A program made the translations under genes and the position numbers. Positions 53,201-64,000 of a DNA stretch of 64,000 nt are shown here, one piece after another (within the stretch, counting starts at the first letter, position 1; each line of letters starts with the position of its first letter). Origin of the DNA: Adineta vaga (lineage: Eukaryota; Animalia; Rotifera); NCBI GenBank assembly GCA_021613535.1, contig CP075494.1, forward strand, positions 10,850,001-10,914,000, given 5' to 3'. The notes beneath the pieces are model-generated. The model had not been told where the DNA came from and did not search any database. It saw only the letters and a program-made list of their open reading frames with translations.

Positions 53201-56200
53201 TAGATTCTTAATCTATTAAAATCAATGATAACGCATTTACCTGAACAATTAATACAACCATTCTATAGTACTGCATTACAAATGACAAAATCTGATGGGT
53301 AAATTTTAATCATAGATTTTATATATGAATCTTTTCTTTTTTGTCATAATGAAAGGATGTACAATTTAATGCATGAATTAAACATGAATCCTATTCGTTG
53401 GCCATTGATATTTACTATTGCTCGTGGTCTTCGTCTCTTGCATGATGTACGATTATTATCTAAACCAAATCCATCCGAAGAATATGCTAAAGAACTTTGG
53501 ACAATTTTATTAACTGTATTTCTTTCTATAAAAATGTTCATATCGAAATTTATTAGCATCGATTGTTTTGTTTTTTTCTTCTTCAGAAAATGATTACTCG
53601 AGAGGAAGAATGCGATAAAGCAAATATCATTCTAACAATTGATAATCAACGTGGTTTACAAGCATTATTTGATTATATTATCTATCTTGGTATTAAAGTA
53701 AGATCATCATTCCCTTCAGTCTGAAATCGGAATACTTATCTTCACATTTATTTCAGCCCAATGAAGTCTTACCTTATTTCTTTCAATCTCATCGTATTCA
53801 TACAGATTCTGGTATGGCAACAATTGGAACATATTTATTAAACTTATTTAAACATCAAATTACCAGTTGGCTTGGTACTACTCCACATTTTATTATAAAT
53901 AATGTTGGTGATATAAAAACAGTTGATCAATGTCGTTCAGTAGTATCATTTCTAACTATTGTTCTTGATTTATGTAGTCGAGAAAAAGATATTCGTCAAC
54001 AATATGGTCGACAATTTGTGGATGGTATTTATACTTGTTGGCCACTATTTACTCCTCTATATCGTTCATTAAATCTCGATGATAAACTATTAATTGTTAC
54101 ATTATTAACAAAAACATTCATTATCGATAGTCGTTTATTAATTGTTCATGAACAATTTGATCATATCTCTCAAATGTATTTAAATTTATTAATTGATAAA
54201 CAATTAAATTTAACATTTAAAATTCGTTTACTTGATTTATTACCATTTTTTGCTTCATTAGATACCGATGAAGATATGTCCGAAGAAAAACGTAAGAAAT
54301 GGTCAGATGAACTCTGTCGAACATTACATACATTTACTGCTGATTGTTTTCCGTTGAAAAGTACTGAATTTCGAAAAGGTACACAAGAATATCATGATTA
54401 TCTCGGTGCTATACGAAAACTTCTATCGGCACTTGAATTATCATCGTCATTTATTCTTTTTGAATTATTAATCTGGATGTTATGTTGTGAAGCACATCAT
54501 ATATTTGAAGATGAAATTCTATCATCAATCAGTCGATATGTTATCAAACTCAATGATCAAATTAAACAATTGAATTTATTGAATTATATTCATTCGATCT
54601 TATTTGGAAAAAATCCATTATTTCGTCTTGAACATCGTTTGAATGCATTGGATAAATTCATATTAAAAATTCTTACTTCTGTGAAAAAAAGTACATTAAT
54701 TGAATTTTATAATAATTACATTGCATTCTTTGTTATTGATCAACTTGATATTAAATTAGATTTAACAGCATCATCATCAGCATCTCTAACTTCGATTTTA
54801 ATCAATAAAATTTGTACATATCGTTTTATTGATTATATGTATACAATATTGAATAAAGATGATGTATTTGGAATGAATTCTTCTATTGTAAAGAACTTTT
54901 ATGAAGCAGTGAAAAGACAAGATGAAGCAAGAAAATTATTAAATCTTGAAATGCCAATAACAACAATTAAAATAGCATCAACAATGGATGGAAAAGAATT
55001 AACAAAATATGTTATTGCACGAGCTCGTGCACAATTTATTGATGGAAAAATGATTAAATCTATGGAAATAATGTTAACAAATGTAATAACTGTGGAAAAA
55101 GATATGAAAATGCATTTAATTCGTTCATTAGCAATGAGTTCATTCAATTGTTTAATATCCGTTCTAATTTGTACACAAACCGAAGCAAAACTTTATAAAG
55201 CTTTTATATTTGATGCTAATGCATCTAAAGTATGAGAATCAATCATTTCGAATTTCATTTAAAGATGATTTCTCTTTCAGGATGAATCTATTTGGGAGAA
55301 CTTAATCAATCCAGATCATAAATATACCTTTCCACTTGAACTTGAACATTATTATAAAAAAGATAAACGTACCTTATTAAATATACTTTCAAAAAAACTT
55401 CTTACATCTTCACCAAATTCCGATAATCAACAACGTTCAACAACTACACCACGATATTTACCATCACAATATCTTTTCGGTAGTAGTCTTACCGATGAAT
55501 TAGCTGTATTCGATTTCACATCTGCTATTGTTACTCAACAACATAGTGATTTCAATAAAACTCAATCAAGTTCTCTTCCAGAGAATACATTAGAAATATC
55601 TCTCCTTAATAAAAATGATGATCGACCAGCATTAATCGAAGGTACAGATGATGAACTTAGTACAGAGTTTCTTGATATTGAAATGGATGAACTTAATCTT
55701 CATCCATGTATGGTACCAATGGTTTGTTTACTTAAACATATGGAAATTCATGGAATTACACCATCATCATCAACTTTAACTACACAATCTGAAATGCCAC
55801 CATGGATGATTTGTTTATATAAAAAATTTTGTGATACGACAGTTGAATTTAATATTAAACTATTTCTTATGCGATTGATTACACATACACATACAATTTT
55901 TAAACCATACGCACGATATTGGTTAACGCCAATTATTCATATGTGTAATCAAATTTTTGAAAAATCATCCGAAGGTTTAAATATATTTCTAATTGATACA
56001 ATTGTTGTTCTATTATCATGGAGTTCAATGGCAATTCCAAGTGAAATTGATACAATAGCAGTTCAACGTTTATTTGAATATTTCTTTCTTCATTGTTCAC
56101 ATAAAAATTCTCAAGTAATGAAATCAAATTTAGATTTAATTAAAAAATTAGTTGAATCATGGAAAGAACGTATTTCTGCTCCAACATTAATTCTACATAA

Positions 56201-59200
56201 ATTAATATCAGATCCCGATATTAAATCAAAACAAAATGCAATTGGAATATCCTTAATTGGAATTTTATTAGCAAATGATATTCTACCGTATAATCAAACA
56301 AATGATCTTTCAGAAGATAAATTTAATGAAACTTTATTAAAAAATATGAAAAATTCATTTCGAAATATCTATGCAGCTGCTGCAGAAGTTGTTGGAATGT
56401 TATTACATGTGAAAAAACTTAAACATGAATCAAATGAACGTTTATTAGAACAATTAAGTTTCCTATTAAAATGGCATAGTGGTCAAGGTACTCAAGATAC
56501 GTATGTTACATGTGTCTATTCATTACAAAAACATTATCCAGATATTGTCGATAAAACGTAAGTATTTTAGAGATTGAGAAGAAAAATCTGATTGTTTTCA
56601 TTGTAGTGTAATGAATAAATTATTGTTTGGTTTAAAGAAATTATATGGAGATTTCAAAATGGAATGTCTCGAAGCGATTAGTGCAAATATTACAGAATTA
56701 GATTGTGCATATTTAGAATTAAAAGCAGCAGGAATATTGGATATACTTATTCATAAAGATTTTAGTATTCGTAGTGTTGCATTACGTCTCATTTATAAAC
56801 TTCTTTCAAAATTAACTCATGAACAATTATTTGAAATAGCTCAAATTTTATCCATTGATGGTCCTAATGAATGTCAACATTGGACACTTGAAATCTATAA
56901 ATGGATGTATGATTATATTACACAATATATTACCAGTGAAAATCGAACTACTACAACATCGACAATTTCAGAAACATTCTATCATCATGTTCGTGAACAA
57001 TTACTTCAATTTCTATCGAGTAAAACCGAATATATACGTGTTAATTGTCGAAATTTTTGGTGTGATCCAAAACGTTTAAGTATATCTTCAAATCATCGTC
57101 TTATTGCATTAGTTGATCAATTATATTCAATTAAAACTGAAAATGATTATCTAAATTATTCAACAAATTTTCTTCTTGAACGTACAACACATAATCCTGA
57201 TTATCATCATTTAATTTTCGAAAATCCATTGGATAAATGTACATTTCAAGAATTTCCATTAGCATGTAATTGGCGTCAACGTCATCATACATATATGACA
57301 CCTCTATTTACTTTACAATCTCAATCAACAATAGATCCAACAAATACAAATTTAATAACTCTTGATCCAGTTCATTTCATGCAAACAATATCGAATAATA
57401 ATGATCCACAACCTATGATATTACAAACACAAGAAATATCGAATCGACAACAATTTCTTCCAACACAAATGTCAGATAATCATAATCTTAATTATAATTG
57501 GCTTAAACAAACCAATACATTTGATACAACAAATACATTTGCATTACCAACCTTATCAACACAAACGAAAAACACATCGTTAATTGTTAATGTAAGTAAA
57601 ACTAAGCCAACAAACAGCAAATTTGACAAAGAAGAAAAAGATGATGATGATGATGATGATATTTTTCGACTTAAACGACGATTTTTAAAAGATACTGGAA
57701 AATTACATAAATATTTTGCTCGTAAACAAAATGAAAAGAAACAACAAGAAAAAGAATTTCTTCATGAAATTAAACTTAAACAAGAAAATCAAGTTGAAAA
57801 ATATCGTTCATATCGTATTGGTGAATTGCCTGATATACAAATTCGTTATAGTGATATCATTATTCCTTTACAAGCACTTGCACAATATGATAATCATATT
57901 GCTCGTTTATTATATGCAAGTTTATTTACGTCGATTTTAACTTCTCTCGAAGATAAATTATCGTCTGATGAATACGTTGAATTAATTGAAACAATTCAAC
58001 AACGTTTCAATGCAATTTTATCTCAATCAGAAATCTTCTATCCATCTTTGATTGCTGCCATACTCGATATTGTTCTATCAAAACCAAAACAGATAAAAAT
58101 TTCTGCTCAAAATATCAGTGCAGCAAGTATTGCAAGTCATTTAGAATCAATTGGAATTTTAACAATCGAATATTTTATTCGTTTAACACAAATAAATGAA
58201 CAAAATGAATTGATTCATGGATCAACAAAGAAAAAATTCAAATCCGATCCATCGATTGATACTCAACTCTACAAACAAATTGATCATTGGCTTGAATTAG
58301 CTAAATGTTATCGTTCATTAGCAGATTATGATGATGTTCGTGGAATATTCTCTCAGATATCCAATTTAAATCCATTAACATTACAAGCTATTGAAGAAGA
58401 GAGTCATGCAGATTTTCTCTCTGCTTTAAATACTTATATAACAGCATTAGAACAAAATCCTCTTATCGATGAAGCAGCAAATAATCCAGTTCTCGAATTA
58501 GAACATGAATTTTGGACACAATCCATGTTAAATTGTTGTAATCACTTGAATAATTGGACAATTATGTCGAAACATATCTTTCTATCAAATACAACATTTG
58601 ATACTCTATGGTCAAATGCATATCAATTAAATTATTTAATGCCATATGCAATACGTGCAAAATTGAAATTATTAATATCCGGTACGGAACAAGAACAATT
58701 AGAACAAGAAGATCTTTGTCAATTTTTCAATAATTTATCTGCATCTTCAAATGTAACAACACCAGCAACATCAAATTCAGAAACAACATTTGTAAAACGA
58801 TCATATATTGAAAAACAATATCCATTTGAATTAGCAACATTTTTTCTCTATCAGAAAGATTTTGATCGTAAGTTAATTTCATAGGAATAGATCAACAAAA
58901 TGCGTTTCTTTCTTTTTTTAGGTTCAAAATATTATATTCAATATGCAAAAGAACAATTTTTATATAATTGGTCACAATTAAGTCGTTTAAGTGATTACGG
59001 CCGAAAGAATACGATACAATTAATTCAACCTTATCATGAACTTGATCATTTTCTTCTTTTTCTCGAACATAATCTACCATTAATTAAATCGTTGGAAAAT
59101 CGTTATTTAACTAATAATAAACATGATACAATTACTCGAGATTCATTTCTTCAACGTATACACGAAGATCTATTGACTCAATGGAAGCTACCAGATGTAA

Positions 59201-62200
59201 TTCGTAGTTCAATTCAAACATGGGATGATATTGTTACTAATCGTGCATTATTTTTAGATGTAAGTGAACAAATTTAATATTTTTTAGGCTTATTTTTCTT
59301 GTTCATTAGATTCTTGATGATTTAATTGGTGGACCACGAATGACGTTTACTAGTCGATTGAAAGCAACAGAATTTGATCCTATATTAATTGATTATAAAG
59401 TTCAATCTTCACTTGATATGGCTTATTGTGCTTTACGTCAACGAAATTTTAAATTAGCATTAACAAAATTAAATGATACTCGTAATCGTCTTGATTTATG
59501 TCAAAATTCATTGATAAAATCTATTCATTGGAATGAAATCTATTGTGATGTTCATTTAAAACGTCATCAAAATCAATCGACCCTTTCAAGTTTATTATCA
59601 ACACTTGTAGCAAAAGAATTGACAAAATTAGAAACAAAAATCCATTCAATGCCAATTATTGATGAACAAACTGCAATATTAAATTCGACTTATATACAAT
59701 TAAATTCACAATTTTGTCGAACAGTCATCGACTTTCTATTAGAACAACCGAAAGCTTATATTGAATATGAACATGATGAGAAGATTTCTTCTGCAAAACA
59801 TCGACAATTAGAAATGTATCTCTACGGTTTAGATAATCAAACAAATACAGTGCAAAAAGCAGAAACCTTAATCAAAGAATTATTTCATAAAGGTATGAAT
59901 ATATTGAAGAATAATATTGAAAAACAAGAAACAGATTTACAAAATGTAAATATTCGTACTGCAAAAGAAACAGCACTTAGTCATGATTATAATGAATTAG
60001 CACGATTCTGTGATGATTATCTTCGTCGATATGAAAATAATGACGATAATCATCATCCAATGCATCATTTATTTTCTGGAAATAATGGAAAACAAATTGC
60101 AGAATTGATTATTCAATCAGTTCTATCATCAATGAAATATGGTTCGAATGAAGGTGTCAAACGTTTTTCACGTATATTACAAATTATTGAATTATATCCA
60201 AATACTTTGGAATCTATCGCAAATCGTTTACAAGAAATTCCATGTTGGATGTTTTTCGATTGTTTATATCAAATAACTGCACATTTAGATAAACCCATTG
60301 CGTATGTATTGATATTTGTATTTTGAAATAAACGATTTGACTTTCGAAATTTTCTTCTAGTCTAAAACTTTATCCACTTATTGAACAAATTGTTAAGTCG
60401 TATCCACAATCGATCGTTTATCCATTTAAATTAAGTTATGAAACTTTACAATATTCAATTAATGATTCTGTATTAAAACGTAATCTTGAAATCATTCGCC
60501 ATAAATTAGATCGACAAACTCCACTTGTAAATGAATTTATTCAAGCATTAAATCATTTAAATCCTCAACAACAATTTGAAAGTTGGTCAAAAGAATTGTA
60601 TCAATTATTAACTAATGATCTTCAATCACGTGATGCAACTAAACTTCAAAATCATTTGAAAAAATTCAAAGATATTCTCTTTTCCGATATGATCAATGTT
60701 GATGAAACAAATGAAGAACATACAAGTACGACAATGACTTCACAAGATAGTGTTTTCAATGATGGAACAGATCAGCGTTTATTAAAAACACGATTAACAT
60801 CAATACGATATCAATTTAGAAATTCAGTTGAAAAAGATCTAGATACATTATTTGGTAAACAAGGCGAATTATTTCCAACTGTTCTATTATCTGATGTTAA
60901 AATAGTGCTAACGAAAATTAGTACGAAATTAAAATCAATTACACAAGATAAATCAAATATAAATGATTATTCTACATGGTTTTCATTAACATTTCGACAA
61001 CAACATCGTATTTTTGGTACACCATCAATTCGTGAAATTGAAATACCTGGACAATATACGAGTAAAAAGAAACCATTACTTGAACATCATATAAAAATTG
61101 TTGGTTTCGATGAGAAAATCTTAGTTCTCCATTCGTTAAGATTACCAAAACGTTTGACAATACGTGGACATGATGAAAATGATTATCGATTTTTAATCAA
61201 AGGTGGAGAAGATATACGACAAGATCAACGTATTCAAGCATTATTTACCATTATGAATGATCTCTATGATAATGATCCAAATTGTAATCAATCAAATTCA
61301 GCACATATTTCTATACGAACATATAAAGGTAAAACAATATTCATCTAAATCAATTTCTATTCATTCTTATTTTATTATAGTTATACCAATGTCATCAAAA
61401 TTAGGAATGATTGAATGGTTGGATAATACACGTCCATTGAAAGAACTTATTGATGAATGTTATACAAAATCTGAACAAGATATTATATCACAAGATCAAC
61501 ATCCGAGAAAACTCTATCAAGATTATGTAACAAATGCATTTCAAAAAGCGAAACCAACGGCTAAAGCAACGAGTAATACTCTTATGTATGCGGAATTGTT
61601 TGTTTCTTTAACAAAAAATCAAATTCAAGAAGAATTCAATAAAATTCAAGCAATTGTTCCTAGTGATTTACTTCGACGTGCATATTATAAAATAGCGAAT
61701 TCTCATGAAGGATTTTATACATTACGTCAACAATTTATTACTAGTTATGCTATTTTATGTACAAGTCATTATATACTAGGCATTGGTGATAGACATCAAT
61801 CGAAGTAAAATTCTGTTGAATGTAATGGATTTATAAATTTCATACTTTCTATTTAGTTTTTTAATTGATACAACCTCAGGACAAGTGATTGGCATTGATT
61901 TTGGATCAGCATTCAATGCTGCAACAATTGTAAGAGAAAACTTTATTTTTGATTATAAGATAAAACGAAAATATGTATCGTTTAGCATTTACCTGTTCCT
62001 GAACTTATACCAATTCGTTTAACTCGACAATTGACTCAACTAATGTCACCGATTGGTACTGCCGGTCTTTTCCGTGCAACAATGATTGATACTATCAATG
62101 CATTACGTGAAAATTCTGATTTATTATTAAGTACAATGAATGTATTCATCAAAGAACCATTGATGGAATGGGTGGTAAGTAGTTCTATTATTTTAACTTT

Positions 62201-62727
62201 ATTGTTTCTGATTAATACCGATTTGTAGGAACATGCACTTAAAACTAGCAGACAAGTTTCACAAAGTGGTATGTTCATTACATATTTTAAGATTAAAAAA
62301 TGAACGGTTTTCTTATTTCAATTCTATAGAATCAAGTCCAATTCGTTCTGATGATACATATGCAAAAGATCGAATTCGAAGTGCTCGTCTAAAACTAAAT
62401 GGAATCAATCCAGCTGTCATTACCGCGTATGTACTACCCATCCTATGAATAGATGTATCTTCTATGGCGATATTTATTGTTTTTAGTGCGGATCTTAAAT
62501 TAAATAATTTTCTTCGTCCTTCTGCATTGAAGGAGGCACTTCGTTGCATGGAAAAAGTTGTCGGTGGTGATCAAAATGAAAATAAACGTGCACAAATTTT
62601 CGTACAATATGGATCCAATCGTTATCATCAGTTAACAGCCGATGAACAAGTCGATTGTATTATTGATCAAGCAACTGATGTAGATATCTTAGCTCGATCA
62701 TGGGCTGGTTTAGAAACATTTATGTAA
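47210..62727 (+). CDS. PRKDC: DNA-dependent protein kinase catalytic subunit
   Basis: [134 protein letters not shown]; dozens of short introns. Confidence 0.97.
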
Positions 62728-62848
62728 TTCTTGTTGCAACTATTTTTTTAATGTCTTTGTATTATCATAAAAATAAATATGAAATGATAAATATTTTCAA
62801 GAACAAACTACGATTCTTTCTTTATTTACATTTTGATTAAATGATAAG

Positions 62849-63169
62849 TGTTGCTCTGGCAGATCAATGTTACCATCGATCCGCTTGATTTCGTCATCGC
62901 AACATGTATTTTATCTTTTTCGATATATACCTCTTGGTAAGTTGTAATAAGCAACTTTCTCTACGATCAAAGATCCACGCCCTCTAGCGTGTCTCTACAC
63001 TTTCTCCTTTTTTCTTTCATTTCTATACATCAGATATATACAGAATATCATTGAATAAAGTTACTTATTACAACTTATACCAAGAGGTAAACGATCTTAC
63101 CAAATCAAACGCATGTTGCGATGACGAAATAACGCGGATCGATGGCGACATTGATCAGCCAGAGCAACA
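62849..63169. mobile_element. MITE/foldback-like element with ~110-bp terminal inverted repeats
   Basis: TGTTGCTCTGGCAGATCAATGTTACCATCGATCCGC..TTTCGTCATCGCAACATG (62849-62907) is the near-perfect reverse complement of 63112-63169. An inner block (62928-62958) pairs with 63057-63089. Non-coding; TG..CA ends; no clear target-site duplication. Confidence 0.75.
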
Positions 63170-63318
63170 TTCTTTCATTGAAAAACGGAGCAAAAACAAT
63201 CTAATGTAATTTCGTTTCATTACGAAATAATTCGATGACTGTTTTCATCGATGTAAAATAAAAGTGAAATGTGTTTAGACACGGTGCAGAAAAGAGAAGG
63301 GAAATGTTGTAGTTAGTT

Positions 63319-63508
63319 ATCGCTTCTCGGCCTTTTCGGCTAAGATCAAAGTGTAGTATCTGTTCTCGTCGGTTTGAAAGCCGGCGCTGGTCTCATTGAG
63401 GCCAGGCTCTTTCAAGCAGATTTTTGGACATGGGCCAGGATCACCCGAGTTCACTCGGACCTGTGCCACGGATCGTCTCGACACTGCAGTGCCGTCGAGT
63501 TTGGTCCA
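63319..63508 (+). ncRNA. U2: U2 spliceosomal snRNA
   Basis: 5' ATCGCTTCTCGGCCTTTTCGGCTAAGATCAAAGTGTAGTATCTGTTCT with branch-site pairing GTAGTA; stems IIa and IIb; IIc pairing TTGAAAG/CTTTCAA; Sm site ATTTTTG at ~63420; stems III and IV. The 3' end may extend to 63535. Confidence 0.96.
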
Positions 63509-64000
63509 CTCCCGTTCTCCTTCGGGACAACGGGAATCATTCTATCAACAAAGTCAAAATGAAAACAGAAAACACCTTGTGACGAGCTTCTTTTCTTAAG
63601 AACTACAAATTGCTATCATAGTTGCTCTTCGTCCATTGTTTCCTTTTCCATCAAAGCAAAGCTCGCTACTGTTATGAGAAAAATGAAATTTAATTCTTCA
63701 AGTCTCGTCTCGAATCATCATTTTGAATCAGAATCTTGTCAATAGAAAGATACGATTCTTTTTCTTTCGGAATATAATTGAATATTTCGATGTTTGAAAA
63801 ATAGAAAACTAAAATCGGAAATCCTGTCTCTCCTCATTAATGTTGAATCGAAATGTAGGAACTTCGAAGATTGATTTATAATGAATCGTAGATATGCTGT
63901 TAATATACGATTATCTTGACTCATCCAACTTTGATAATTGTAATATAAATATGATTGAATATCGTTAATATATATACATATTGGGCTTTCCAGTCATTTG

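Noticed and set aside
63374-63599. ORFs 63374-63562 and 63396-63599
   Set aside because: By-products of the GC-rich U2 snRNA sequence.

Overview
AT-rich, gene-dense eukaryotic (animal) genomic DNA with many short (~50-65 nt) GT-AG introns. Intron size, base composition, the F-box gene family and the foreign-looking genes point to a bdelloid rotifer (inference, not proven). Gene order: 3' part of an unknown gene (+), PTC7-type PP2C phosphatase (-), mitochondrial Tyr-tRNA synthetase (-), divergent CBF-beta-like gene (+), TFIIH p34 (+), VPS52 (+), RBM24/38 (-), orphan (-), Di-Ras/RasD-like GTPase (-), ZSWIM7/SWS1 (-, missing from the ORF track), ATP synthase subunit f (-), actin (-) with a CArG box, a ~5 kb island of two foreign-looking genes, E93/LCoR-like Psq factor (+), STK16 (+), F-box protein (-), orphan 7TM protein (+), CEP104 (-) head-to-head with DNA-PKcs (+), a foldback element and a U2 snRNA gene. 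The island holds a bacterial-type alpha/beta hydrolase that appears to have gained an intron and is bracketed by direct repeats, plus an intronless His-rich multi-TM/EF-hand protein. Most interesting: this island, the U2 gene with an extra 3' UUCG hairpin and variant loop IV, the CBF-beta-like protein with a long tail ending in an LPxKKR motif, and possible operon-like trans-spliced gene pairs. All homology calls are from motif recognition by eye; no searches were run.
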